64,000 nt of DNA, from the NCBI GenBank assembly GCA_016748015.1, contig JAAOMT010000586.1, positions 603,483 through 667,482 of the forward strand, read 5' to 3'. The position numbers and the translations under genes are program-made. The notes below the pieces were generated by a model that made no database searches, was not told where the DNA came from, and saw only the letters and a list, made by a program, of their open reading frames with translations. Positions 38,794 to 51,918 of the stretch are shown piece after piece. Position 1 is the first letter of the stretch; the number at the start of each line of letters is the position of its first letter. The stretch is from Geosiphon pyriformis uo1 (taxonomy: Eukaryota; Fungi; Glomeromycota).

Positions 38794-41084
38794 TTTTTTT
38801 TTTTATTTTTTATTAAATTTTAACGAGCGAGACCCAAATACCACCTAAACTATGATATCACAGAAGAGATTACATTATAGGCGTAAATCATGCATTTTCT
38901 ACATGTGATCAGACACTCGGCCTAATCAAAGACTCACTATGCTGAATCAAAAATAGGTGGAAATAATTCCAACTCACGAATTCTCTCAATGATACCATTC
39001 AGATTCCTAGAATCAAAAATAAACTCACTAAGAAACAATCTAATAGACTCAATATTGCCTCTGGTTTCAGCACCAGACATACACCACAAAGCAATAATAT
39101 ACTCAATAGTGTCCTCACTTAAAAAGGAAGGCTTAGCAGCCAGCATACCATTATAATCCATATTACCAAAGTTAACCTCAGATCTAAGACAAGCAATGTC
39201 CTTGGAGATCCCAACCAAGAGATTAGAAAAATTGTTAGCAGCACTCTTCATAGAAATGAGATCCTTCGCAACCTGAACAGCCTTAGCAGCATTATCATTA
39301 AGAAGACGAGACACCAAAGCAACCAAAGAACCAACAGGCTCAACAATAGACTTAACCAGAGCAGCCAAATCCGAAATCTGCTTTTTCAAAGAGTCCAATC
39401 TAGAACCAACAGCAGGATCAGCAACAGAAGCAGCCAAAAGAGCCACCAAAGGAGGAAACTCAGAAAGACCAGAAGAAGCAGCAGTCTTGGCATATGAAGC
39501 AGAACCCACAAAATGAGACCTGAAAATCTTGGGAACCTTGGGAGTGGGGGGTGGAAAAATCTTGCAATCTATGGCCAGATGGCCCATTTCTTGACACCTA
39601 AAGCAGCGCCGGCAGCCAGGAGTTTTCCACCAGATATGGCATTTCTTTAGAGTACCAGTCTTGACTACAGCAGAATCCAAATCGCCTTGAGAGTCAAATG
39701 TAACCAAAGCAAACCAGGAACAACGACCAGAATCAGGAGAACAAGGGATGAAACATGTATGACCACCAATCTGAGAAATCATATCACTGATTTCAAAAGC
39801 AGTACAACCAGGGGGAAGGTTGACCAATTTGGCCTTAAACTTATCACGAGACAAAATAGTCTCATTTTGATTCACCAGAGGGAGGATTCTAACACTATCC
39901 TTGCCCACCAAGATTGACCAATGCTTCAAGACAGACACAGCAGAGTCCAACTTTTCAAAATAAACCACTACATACTGCCAAATGCCAGCAGGCTTCAGCA
40001 CAACACGAGCAACACTACCAAACACACTAAGAGCCAACTTAATGTTAGCAGCAGACACACCCAAAGGTATATCACGCAGCACAACAGCAGCAGAAGAAGA
40101 ACCAAATTCAGAAACCACCAAAGACTTGGCAATTTTGAGGGTGGCCAAACAAACAAAGCTTGTGAGCTCAACTAGAAACGCAGCTTTCAAAGACTGTTGA
40201 GAAGCAAACTCCACACAGAAAAGCTTCACATTGTCTTTTGAAACAGATTTGGCACCCAAGAAACCATGCAAAAACTGAAAAACAGTCTTAACATGAGCCA
40301 ATTTGGTCTTGAAAATAGCACCAGGCACCAGAGTGGAGGCCACCCACCCAGCAAACTTTTGACGACTAGTAATAGTTTCCCAAGCACTATCAGAAGTAGC
40401 ACCAGAAACTAAAGGAGGAGATAAATCAGTTTCCATTTGATCAGCCCAGTTCCCAAGAACAGGTGACCCAACAGAAGAAGATTGTTTTGCTTCTAAAACC
40501 GGCGATGATCTGCTGGAAGACACCATATTTGGCAACACAGCCAGTGATTGATCTTGGCCCATCTTGGATGACGTGTTGAATGATGCTATGGAGATCTCAC
40601 CTAAGATCTCATTGGGAACCACAAAGGGGTTCGGTGTAACAATAGCAGAGACAAGCGACTGCTCCCACTTTTCTAAACTTTTGGTCTTTTTGACCATTTT
40701 TTTTGAAAAGGTGGTGCCAGAAGCACCAGGTGTTAAGTCTATAGAGGGGAAAACCAGCTTATTTACTGGTCTATTATTAAAAACTTTTGGGCTCTTAGTC
40801 GGGGTGGAGGCAACACTGGGATTAACCCAAGTGTGTCTCTTTGAAGAAACTTTGACTGGTGAAAAACCAGCCAAAGATAGGGAAGTTGATTCAGTGGCTA
40901 CCAAAGGCAGCTTTTCATGATTACTGGGTAAGGGGAAGGCTTCTAAAACATTTTGCCTAATTGCTTCTACAACAGAAAGAGCTCCTCTGGTTAAAATTTT
41001 ATTAGATATCTTAGGACAGATATCAGATGCAGCCTTTTTACTCTTAGCTCTGGTCGTGGTCATAAAATTAAGGAGACAAAGAGT
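38794..41084 (-). mobile_element. ORF1-only (HAL1-like) non-autonomous retroelement, copy C (best preserved)
   Basis: 21-nt 5' leader, one 708 aa ORF, LINE-type 3' UTR, poly(A), and TSD AAAATTAACTT at 38785-38795 and 41091-41101. There are no APE or RT sequences. Confidence 0.88.
38937..41063 (-). CDS. Uninterrupted 708 aa ORF1/gag-like RNA-binding protein (S/P/K-rich N-terminus, RRM-like repeats, CCHC knuckle, C-terminal coiled coil)
   Basis: CFRCQEMGHLAIDC knuckle. WSILVGKDSVR, RDKF..KL..LPPG.TA and GG.TC.I..S..G align with LINE ORF1 WSFLIGKDSVR, RDQF..LL..LPVG.TA and GGKTCVINRS..G. Confidence 0.85.
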   Translation of the reverse strand: MTTTRAKSKKAASDICPKISNKILTRGALSVVEAIRQNVLEAFPLPSNHEKLPLVATESTSLSLAGFSPVKVSSKRHTWVNPSVASTPTKSPKVFNNRPVNKLVFPSIDLTPGASGTTFSKKMVKKTKSLEKWEQSLVSAIVTPNPFVVPNEILGEISIASFNTSSKMGQDQSLAVLPNMVSSSRSSPVLEAKQSSSVGSPVLGNWADQMETDLSPPLVSGATSDSAWETITSRQKFAGWVASTLVPGAIFKTKLAHVKTVFQFLHGFLGAKSVSKDNVKLFCVEFASQQSLKAAFLVELTSFVCLATLKIAKSLVVSEFGSSSAAVVLRDIPLGVSAANIKLALSVFGSVARVVLKPAGIWQYVVVYFEKLDSAVSVLKHWSILVGKDSVRILPLVNQNETILSRDKFKAKLVNLPPGCTAFEISDMISQIGGHTCFIPCSPDSGRCSWFALVTFDSQGDLDSAVVKTGTLKKCHIWWKTPGCRRCFRCQEMGHLAIDCKIFPPPTPKVPKIFRSHFVGSASYAKTAASSGLSEFPPLVALLAASVADPAVGSRLDSLKKQISDLAALVKSIVEPVGSLVALVSRLLNDNAAKAVQVAKDLISMKSAANNFSNLLVGISKDIACLRSEVNFGNMDYNGMLAAKPSFLSEDTIEYIIALWCMSGAETRGNIESIRLFLSEFIFDSRNLNGIIERIRELELFPPIFDSA

Positions 41085-41725
41085 GAAATTAAAATTAACT
41101 TGAAAAAATAAATATAAAATTTTAATTTAATAGATAGTTTTATGTATTAATTTAAATAATGTAAATTTAAAAATTATTATTTTAATATATTAGAATTTTT
41201 GGATATTTATTTTTAAAATTGGTTATTAGAAAAATAATAAGTTTTATTAATTTTTGTAAAATAAATTAAAAATAATATAGTAAATAAAATCTAAATTAAG
41301 ATAATTGCTTCTTAATAAATTGTAAAATAATAAAATAAAATATATATTTTTTATTTAATATAATATTATATATATTTTTTGGTTATATAAAATATTCTAA
41401 TAATTTTAATTATTTTTAGGTTTTATTAATATTTTTAAAATTTTTAACCCAAATTAATATAATTATGAATAGTTAATATATTAATAAAGTTTTTATAAAA
41501 AAATTTTTGCAAGTTTTAATTTTTATGTTTTTTTAAAAATTATTATATTCTTTTATTAACATAAAAATTAAATAATTATTGTTGATTAATTCCAAGTATT
41601 TTTAATAATATTTGTATAATAAATTTACAAATTTTAAATAATTTGTTTTTGCAAATTTTAATTTTGTTAATTTTATTAATTATTATTAATAATATTTTAT
41701 TTTTTATAGATTATAACTTAATAAA

Positions 41726-44005
41726 ACTCTTTGTCTCCTTAATTTTATGACCACAACTAGAACAAAGAGTAAAAAAGCTGCACCTGATATCTGTTCTAAG
41801 ATATCTAATAAAATTTCAACCAAAAAAGCTTTCTCTGTTATAGAAGCAACTAGGCAGAATGTTTTAGAAGTCTTCTCTTTACTTAGTAATCATAAAAAGC
41901 TGCTTTTAGTAACTACTGAAGCATCTTCCTCATTTTTGGCTGGTTTTTTACCAGTCAAAGTTCCTTCAAAGAGACACACTTGGATTAGTCCCAGTGTTGC
42001 CTTCATCCCTACTAAGAGCCCAAAAGTGTTTAATAATAGACCAGTTAACAAGCTGATATTTTTTTTTATAGCTTCAGTATCTGGTGCTTTTAGCATCTTC
42101 TTTTCAAAAAAATGGTCAGAAAGACCAAAAGTTCAGAAAAGTGAGAGCAGTCGCTTGCCTCTGCTATTGTTACACCGAACTCCTTTATGGTTCCCAATGA
42201 GATCTTAGATGAAATCTCCATAGTATCATCTAGCATGTTGTCCAAGATGGGCCAAGATCAACTATTGGCTGTGTTGCCAAATATGGTGTCTTCTGGCAGA
42301 TTATTGCCAGTTTTAAAAGCAAAGCAATCTTTTTTTGTTGAGTTACCTGTTCTTAAGAACTGGACTGACCAGATGAAAACTGAATTATCTTCTCTTCTAG
42401 TTTCTGGTCCTACTTCTGGTGGTGCTTGGAAAACTATTACTAGTTGTCAAAGATTTACTGAGTGGATGGCCTCCACTCTGGTGTCTGGTGCTACTTTTAA
42501 GATCAAATTGGCTCATATTAAGGCTGTTTTTCAGTCAATACATGATTTTTTGGGTGCAAAGTCAGTATCAAAGGACAATGTGAAGCTGTTTTGTGTGAAG
42601 TTTGCTTCTCAAGTGTCTTTGAAAGCTGTGTTTTTAGTTGAGTTTACAAGCTTTGTACACTTGGCCACTCTCAAAATTACCAAGTCTTTGGTAGTTTCTG
42701 AGTCTGGTTTCCCTTCTGCTGCTGTTGTATTGTGTGATATGCCCTTGGGTGTGTCTGCTGTTGACATTAAGACAGCTCTCAGTGTGTTTGGTAGTGTCAC
42801 CCATGTTGTGCTAAAGTTTGTTGGTGTTTAGCAATATGTGGTAATTTATTTTGAGAAATTGGACTCTATTATGTCTGCTTTGAATCATTGGTCAGTTTTG
42901 GTGGGCAAAAATAATGTTAAAATCCTCCCTCTGGTGAATCAAAATAAGATTATTTTGTCTTGTAATAAGTTTAAGGCCAAGTTAGTTAATTTTTCTTTTG
43001 GATGCACAGCTTTTGAGATTAGTGATATGATTTCTCAAGTTGGTGGTTGGACATATTTTATCTCTCGTTCTCCTAAGTCTGGTTATTATTTCTGGTTTGC
43101 TCTGATTACATTTGATTCCCAAGCTAATTTGGACTCTGCTATTGTCAAAACTAGGACACTAAGAAAATGCCATATTTGATAGAAAACTCCTAGTTGTTAA
43201 CATTGTTTCAAGTGTCAAGAGCTGAACTATCTGGCTGTAGACTATAAGATTTCTTTACCTCTCTCTCCCAAGTTTCCCAAAGTGTTTATATTACACTTTG
43301 TTGGTCTTAAGTCTTATGCTAAGACTTCTGCTTCCTTGGGTTCCTCTGAGTTTCCACCTTTGTCATCTCTTGTCTTTTTTTCAGTTGTTGTTGGTAATTC
43401 TTTGATGCTGTCCTATCTGTTTTCTTTGGAATCTGATTTAACTAAGCTTTCTGCTTTGGTTGAGTCTATTGTTAAGCTTATTGGCTCTTTGGTTACAACT
43501 TTTAAACAGTTTATTAATAATGATTTAGTTTCAAGTAGTGCTCTTGGTCTTAGAATCAATGAGATTTTAGTACATATGGGTTCTTTTAGTAGGACTGTTA
43601 GTAAGTTAAGGAGGGAAGTGGTTTCTTTGAAAAAGGAATGCTGCATGGAAGACATTGATATGTCTGGTGATTCAGAGCTTCTGCCTGTTGTGGGTGATAA
43701 GGTGTTTTCCAACTTAATGTTCCTTTGGGAGCATGAGTCTGTTGATATTAAAACTGATTTCTTTAAAACTACCAAGTGGCTAATTGGTTTGATTTCTTAC
43801 AATGCAACTTTGTTTTCTGTCATTCAGAAGATGTCATCTCTGGATAAGTTTTCTTTTATAGCATTAATATAGTGTGTTTTTGACTGGTCCGAATGGCTGA
43901 TCACATGTAGAAAACACATAATTAGCACCTAGTTTAGATTGATTCTTTGATGTATTGTTTTAGATAGCTTTTGGGCCTCACTTATTAAACTTTAATAAAA
44001 AAAAA
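41726..44005 (+). mobile_element. ORF1-only element, copy D (disrupted; ORF 41747-43872; different C-terminus from C)
   Basis: Identical leader ACTCTTTGTCTCCTTAATTTT-ATG, MTTTRTKSKKAA..., one frameshift and several stops, LINE-type 3' UTR and poly(A). An imperfect TSD beginning ATAGATTATA lies at 41706 and 44006. Confidence 0.88.
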
Positions 44006-44204
44006 ATAGATTATATTTTATAAAAAATATTAAATATTACAAATAGATATATTAAATTATATTTTATAATTTAGTATTGTAATTTAATTATATTTTTTAA
44101 AAATTTTAATAAATTTAAAAATTTTTATGTTTAAATTTTTGTATAAAAAACAGAAATTTAATTATTAATAATTTTTAATATTTAGTATTTTTTATAGTAA
44201 TTAA

Positions 44205-44928
44205 TTTTTTTTTTTTATGAGTGTAGTCCAAACATTATCTAGTACTATATATCAAAGAAATAATCTAAACTAAGTGTAAATCATGTATTTTCTATATGTG
44301 ACCAACCACTTAAGCCAATTAGAACAATACTACACAGTTATATGAACAGAGACTGAATTACCAACACCTGAAAAAAATACACAAAATTTACAAAAACCAA
44401 AATATACATCAAAAGTCTTAGTAATGCCAAGCAATTTGACCACACTAGCAGAAAATTTCAAAGCCAGGCCAGACACCAAGATAAAAGCTGAACTATTCAA
44501 AGAAATCAGTCTGTTCTTTTCCATATAGGCATGATATTTAGCATGAACCAACCAGATGTTATTCCTAAAAGCAAGACCAAGAGAGTACATAAATTTGACA
44601 ATCTTTAAATTAGCAATCTTGGAATTATAAAACATAAAAACAGTCTTGTTAAGCCAACCATTAAAAACAAAATTCTTATAGAAAGCTGTATACATAGATA
44701 AATTAGAAGCACAAAATAACAACAGTTGTAGCACACTAAAAGAGGAACAAGAGAGACCAAAAAGTGCCTTCCAGGAAGCCACATGGGAGTCTATTATATA
44801 GTAACAAGCAGAAATGTTTATCTCACAAGAGAAAATATGATCTGATACCTCCATATCACCACAATATAAACACAACACACTGGAATAGCTTCTATCATAA
44901 AAGTGTTTCTGAATGACCACAAGCAGCC
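44205..44928 (-). mobile_element. 5'-truncated LINE (ORF2 C-terminus, 3' UTR, poly(A)), closest to copy A
   Basis: CLYCGDMEVSDHIFSC...GNSVSVHITV* closely follows the end of A, and the 3' UTR is A-type. Candidate TSD AATTAATTT at 44199 and 44929. Confidence 0.88.
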
Positions 44929-45074
44929 AATTAATTTATTTTGATTATTTTTATCTTTTTAATAAATATTTAATTATTAATAAATTAATTTTATATTATT
45001 TTTGTGTTTTTTATTAATAATAATAATAAAATAAAATAATAAAATAAAATAAAAATAAAATAAAAAAAAGAAAT

Positions 45075-48000
45075 AAACTTTTTTCTCTTTTACTTTTCAA
45101 ATCCTCTAAAGAGCAAATTTTTCGAAAAAGAAGTTTTTAATTTTTTTTTGCAAATATTTCTCAATCAAATAATCATTTTGTAATAAATTTGGCTGCTGTT
45201 TTAGGCAGTACTATGTCTAAAAAAAAAATATTTAAAGGAGTTTTTTATGGTCTTGTTAAGAATTTTTTTTTCCAAAAAAAAAAGTTTCATTTAATAATAT
45301 TAAGCATTCTAAAGATGAGAAAGATATTTCCTTAGTCAAACCTGGTCCTGGTAATAGTGTGTTTTTAGCTATGGACAGTATATCTGGCAATAGTAAAAAT
45401 AATAATATTATATTTAGTGTTGGCAATAATTCTCTTCTTGGTTTGGTGGCAAACATTCTTAAAGCTAAAAAAATTAATACTGGTCTGGTTTGTGTTTCCT
45501 CTTTTGGCTTGATCAATTATAGCATAAATGAAAATAATGAATTTTTCTCTTTTTTTTTTAAGATATCTTTCAACAAAAAGTGAGTTGATCCAAAAATTAT
45601 CAAGACTTAAGTTAAAGTGTCCATCAAAAAATCTTTTGCTCTTAATATTAATTTTAATACTGTGGAAGAAAAATCTATTATAGCAAAAACTCAAGTTGTT
45701 AGAAAATTATTCTTATTAATCAATAATTTTGGGAGGGGAGCTATTACTTTTTCAAAATTTGAAGAGATTATTCAATCTACTTTTACTTCAGAAAAAAGCA
45801 TAGAAATAGTCATTTTATTGGCCAAAAAAAAGGGGATTAACATAAACAATAATCTTAAAAAACAAAAAATAAGATCAGATTAGGCTGTGGTAATCAAAAA
45901 AATTCTCATAAACATGCCTAAAGATATGATCATTGCTGCAGTATCCAAATTTGGGAAGATTAAGTCGATTAAAATTCAATTGATTGAAATATGGCAAAAG
46001 ACTGTGATAAAGTTTGCTGAATTAAATCAAGCTGATTAATTGATCTTAAAATAATCATTCCTAATCAGAAAATATTCTGTACATATAGTCAAAACTATAA
46101 AAGATTGTAAGATTTGGGTGTCTAAAGATTGGTTCAGAGCACTTTTGTTTATCTTGCTGATAGGAACAACAAGACATGATCTTAAGACTCTTTTAGAAAG
46201 AGCTAGTAAAAAAATTTGTGTTATAAATAGATCTATAGAAACTGGTAATAAGATTTACTGTGCTGTGGTTGACTTTAACTCTGATAAGAATTTGGAATCT
46301 GTCTTTTGCACAAAGCTGATCTTTGGTAGTATAAGGCTCTTTTGGACTAGAATGGATTTGGTTTGTTGTAAAAAATGTGAATATTTTGGATATTTAGCTC
46401 TCAAATGTGATGTGTCAAGTATATCTGTGCTGCCATTGTCAAAAAAATTCTATAAAAAGATTTTTTCTAAGGAAGTTTACTTTCAACTTGCCAAGTTGTA
46501 TAAAAAAAAAATGTTCTAATTTCTTGCCCTGCTGTCTTTGGTGGCAAATTTTGGGCCCAAGTGGTCTTACTTGCTGGTTCTTCTGGTGATACTTACTTCA
46601 GTTCTGGTCCTGGTTTCTTTCCTTCTGGTGTCTTAAGTTTGGGTGGTACTTTTTATCTTATCTTTGCTGATAACTCATTTTTGAATGCTTATTTAGCCTC
46701 CTTAAAACACTTCTTAAAACTTTTAATGGATTAAGTTTCTGGTATTGTGTACAAATTCAGCAATTTGGAATTGGTGCTTCTGGCTCCTTTTTTTTTTTTT
46801 TCATGTTTAACTACTCCAATAACTGCCAATTTGAATTTGGGTTTGACTATGGTTTTGAACAGCCCTATTTTAGTGCTTCTATTTCCTTCTTTTATTGTTT
46901 TTAATGTCTTAATTCTGGGTTCAAGTAGTTCAAAAGTGCTGACTACTAAAATAGGCTGTTTAGAATCTAAGTTAGTGGCTCTTGAGGTCTCTGTTAATTC
47001 AGTTTTGATAAAATTAGATCAATTGTGTACTAAATTAAATTTTTATGTGCCTTTTTTTTCCCAATAAGTAATTTGGTTTGGAAAATTGCTACATGTAATG
47101 TTTGTGGTATCAATGTACTGACTAAGCAGAAAAATATTATACATTGGCACATGAACTCTAATAATATAATTTCAATAATCACAGAAATAAAATTGAGATC
47201 TAGTATTAGGCCATAGATTATAACCAAATTTGATGGTATGTGAGTGTTTACATTTGGTTTGAATAAGAGTTTTTTTGATGCTAGAGTGATAATTATTATG
47301 AACAATTCTCTGGCTTGACATGTTTTTAAGATTAGGAGATGTCTGATCATGTTATTTCAGTTCAGCTTCTTTTCAAAAGCAAGCTTTTGGTCATAATTTT
47401 AAGCTTGTATGTTGGTGTTTTTGCTGAAACTAGGTTTGGTTAGGCAGTTGAAATTAATTTTTTTATTGCAAAAACAGTTAATGTCAGCACTTTTGTGGTT
47501 TTGGATGGGGATTTTAATAAAAATAGTTCTAAAGAGTGTGAGCTTTCAATTTTGTTTGGATCTGAATTTGGTCAATTTACTTGAAGGCTATTATTTGGCC
47601 AAAACTTTCACATGGAGCAATTTAAGAGGAGTTGAGAAAATTATTGATTACATTTTTGTTAATAAGTATTTATTGTTAGTAATTGCTAGTCATGAAATTG
47701 TTTCTGCTTCTGATTTTTTTAATACTAATTACAAGACTGTTATGATGTCAGTTGGTCTGAATAGACTTTTGGATTTTCATTTGAATAGTTTGCACAAACA
47801 AGCTAATAGAAATTATTGAAAGTTTAAAATTGCTGGTGCAGATGTTCTTAAATGGGCTTGTTTTAAAGAATGTATTTTTGTCAAGTTTTTTTCTGTAGTT
47901 GGTAAGTTTTTATTTGCAAGTGCTAGTGGAGATCTTAATACTATGTGGAATTTGCTGAAGAAGATAATAGTAGATTTGGCTAATAATGTTTTTTCTAAAC

Positions 48001-51000
48001 ATTGATTTTGTAATGTCAAATATTCTTTTAACAGACAATCTTTTAAGTTTTTTAAACTGAAACTAATGGTTGCCAAAGTAATTAAGTCTCTTTAATCTGG
48101 TAATTTTTTTAGGACTAATTTATTTTTTGGTGCTTGGTTAATTGTTGATAAAGTTAAGACTCTTAAAATTTGAGACATATTAGATAATAGCACCAGTGGT
48201 ATAAATGTTTTTAGTTACTTGTTAAGGATTAGAAAAAGTTACTATTATTCCAAGATGCATGAATCTAAGACTACTAAGTCTGCTGTTATTAAGTGTGCCA
48301 TTAATAAGAAAATGAAAAATTTTTGCTTAAACAAAGACCATATAATCAAGAGTATATTAGATAAGCCATTTTATAAAATAATTTTTGATCATTTAATTGT
48401 TGATGATAAGCTGGTTTTTGATCTTGATAATATTAAATCTAATGTTAATATTATAATGGAGGAGTGAACTAAGAAGCATTTAGTTTCTGAATCTTTGTTT
48501 GATCTTTAAGCCTGCCAATATGCCTTTTTATAATATGTGAATAACAATGTTTTCTCTGATATTATGAATGTTGTTAGTTTTAATGAGTTGGTTTAAGTTG
48601 TTAGATATTTACCAAATAGAAAAACTACTGATTTCAGTGGTATTTCTAATAAATTGTAAAAGCATTGTAATGACCATATTCTCAGAGGTTTTTTGGATTT
48701 TTTGAATTTGTGTTTGAAGTTGAATGCTGTTCCAATTTTATGGAAAAGAGCATAAGTTTTAATAATACCCAAACCTTATAAATGGAATGGCATCTTGATG
48801 AATACTCATCCTATTGCTTTGGTTGAGACTGTTCATAAGATTTTTTTTAAAATTCTCTCAGATCAAATCTCTTTTGTCTGCAATAAATTCAGTATTCTCT
48901 ATGGGAATAACTTCTTTATTTTAAAAAGTACTTTGACACAGTCTCCTATTTTTGCAGTTGGTTTAGTGGTTGAAGATGCTTTGAAAAAAGACAAAAAAGT
49001 TTGGTTGGTTTTGCAGAATATGCACAAGACATATAATTCAATTGGTTGATATTATTTAAGAGCTAATTTGTGACATATCAAAATGTGCAAGAGATTTATT
49101 GAGTTTTTTGGTGGAATTCATAAGGATAGATTGAACAAAATCATAACAGATTTTGGCCTTTCAGATAGATATTAGGTGTTTAATGGTTTTGATTAAGATG
49201 AGATGTTTTCTTTCTTTCTTTGGCAAATTTTTTATGACTTTTTTTTTGTGCAAAGTCAAAAGACAGAAGAGTATATGTGGTTATCAAATTAATACTAAGT
49301 TTGTGATCAAGATAAAGAGAATTAATAATGTGAGTAGAATGATTTCTTTTTTCATGACTAAAGCTTTTGTGGATGACATTATCTGGGTTGGGAATAGCCA
49401 AGCTGCTACACAATTTATTTTAGACATTATTAGTGACTTCTTTTTAATTAATATTATTTCAATTAATAATGACAAAATTGTTGTCATTCCTATTAATAAG
49501 AGGATTAAAAATGCTGTTCTCAGGATTAGTGGATTCTCTATTTCAATTGCAAAGTGTGGTGTATTTCACAGGTACTTGAGTATCTTCTTGTCTACTAATG
49601 GTTTATTCAAGCCCAGTTTGGCTAAGACTTAATCTGATATAAAGTTTTTTTTCAATATGGTGTTGAGAAAAACTATCTTGGATAAGCAGTTTTTGTATTT
49701 GGTCTCAGCAGTTCTGCAGCCCATTGTTGGCTACTGCACTCAGTTTAATTTTATTTCTTTCACTGTTTACCAGTGTTGAAATGTTTTGGTTAAGAAAGAT
49801 TTTAAGTCAAAGACTAGACTGTCTCGTAATTTTTCAAATAAAGTGCTGTATTATCTTTCATTATATGGTTTGAAAACATTTAAGCAAGTTCAAACTAAGG
49901 AGAAGTCAGCTTCAATTGTTATTTTTACTAATGCTTCTGGAATTCTTGGTCAGCTTTTTGAGCACAGATTTTTGGATTTGTAGGTTTTGGGCTGGGCTTT
50001 TCTGAACTCCTTACAATATCCAGTATAGTTGTATGTTAGTTTTTCAAACAATTTTTTGGCTGAAATTGTGCATGTTTTTTTGGACAATAGTATTTCTATG
50101 ACAAACAATTTGCTCTGTATTTTTTTTTGTTCTGGCAGGTTTTTTGTTTCAAGTGTTTTGGGGCCATTATTGTATTATGATTGTATTAATTTCTTAAAAA
50201 GATTTGGTGTGCCTTTTTATAACAGACTTTTGGACAAATGCAGTAGAATTTTAGATTGGAGAACATTCCAAAATTAAAAAAAATTAGACTTCAGAGGATT
50301 TGTGCCCTTTTGGTTTGTTTTGGTGTCAAAGTTTTTACATGATTCTGTGCTTACATTAGCATTTTCTAACAGAGATTCTGTGTTGAATGTTAATAATGTT
50401 TTGTTATCTGGTCAGTTTTTTGATATTAAGAGTAGTTTGCTTAAAGTCTGGTCAAATATTTTTACTGTATATACAAATGGTTTCTTAAAAGAGCTTGGTT
50501 TTGTTAATGTGGCTAGAAATGCTGCTGCATTCTTTTCTGAGATTAATTTGGGCATTAAAGTTAAGATTAATAAGTTTTTGTCTTTTATAATGGCAGAATT
50601 ACAGGCTATTGCTTTGGCTTTGAAATGTGTGCCCTTTTTTTGTTTAGTGGTAGTGTGTTTGAACAGTTAGACTGTATTGAATACATGTGTTTCAGAGTTG
50701 AAGTTATCTGGTCCCAATTTTTGTAGTAATTGTTAAATAGAGAGAAGACATATTGCAAATTTGATTGTTAATAAGAACATCTCTGTGGTCTGGTTAAAGG
50801 TTAAAGACCACTTAAGTATTTTGAGTAATGTTTGCACAAATGCTTTGATAGAAGTGGCTGCTTATTCTTCTTTGCTGTTGCTGATTAATGTATGTAAACA
50901 TTTTATTATGGTTAATAATCTGCTGGTTTCTGATAACATTTATTATTTTATTTGGAATATTTTTAGATTGGTAAATCATGCACATTGGAAAATTAGTTCT

Positions 51001-51901
51001 GGTTCTAGGATTTTAGGTGGTTTTTTGGTTTATGATATTGATTGGATTCATACTATAGCAGTTTGGCATCCAGATTCATATATGTTGTTAGGATTTACAA
51101 GTAGGGTTTTAGCTAGTTTGTGTACTTATTTTATGAAAACTGTCTATAAAAAACTGTTTATTGCTATTAGGAAGAGACTTTATAACAAATATTATCCTGG
51201 TGTTTTATGTTTACATTGTAAAGAGGTTAAGTTTTCTGATCACATGTTTATGTATAGTAAAAAGTCTATCTCTCATAAGACAATTTTGTTTGAATGTATT
51301 TCATTTTGGAGGTTTCTGGCTGGTTCTCATTTTTTTGCCTTTTTTATGATTGTGGAATTTTTTCTTTTGTGTTTATTTGATGTTAATTTGTATATACTTT
51401 TTTGCAAGAGCTTTGTATTTGTGGGATAGTTTGAAGAGATAATACAGATTTTTGAAGATCATAAAAAGACTGCTCAGATTTTGGTTAATTTTACATGTAA
51501 TTTGGGTATATGACACTGTTCTGAGTTGTAGAGATTCAAATTTAGATTTAGAGTAGATATAAAGAAAAATAATTTAATTGGTGATTCAGAGGTGGTGCCT
51601 GTGATATTTGTTGGCTTGGTGCTGGTTCTATTAGATAGTGTGATTAGGTTGATTGGTATTAATAATTTCTTTGGAATTAGTTTTAGTTTCTGTATATCTT
51701 GCTTATTTTTTTTTAGTTTTAGTAGTAAAGCTACTGTTTGTATAGGGGCTTAGTGTTGCTTTAATTAGTTTGAGTAACTAGTTACATGTGATAAATATGT
51801 GAATTGTATCTAGCTGGAATTCATAGTTTTGACTCTGTATACTAGATAATAATTGGGCTGTATTCATAAAATGTTAATAAAAAAATAAAAAATAAAAAAA
51901 A
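45075..51901 (+). mobile_element. LINE copy E, full length and heavily decayed: ORF1 ~45213-47067, ORF2 ~47064-51753
   Basis: The 5' end resembles B. It has a decayed knuckle CKKCEYFGYLALKC, WKIATCNV, FVDD, AELQAIALAL and CLHCKEVKFSDH, then a 3' UTR and an A-rich tail. Confidence 0.92.
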
Positions 51902-51918
51902 GTTGATATTTTGTTAAT

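Noticed and set aside
38937-41063. LTR-retrotransposon gag or domesticated host gene
   Set aside because: There are no LTRs, PBS or PPT. Multiple decaying copies with LINE tails and TSDs argue against a single host gene.
38794-44005. C plus D as one DNA transposon or foldback element with long terminal inverted repeats
   Set aside because: Each copy has its own poly(A) and TSD, their C-termini differ, and there is no transposase.
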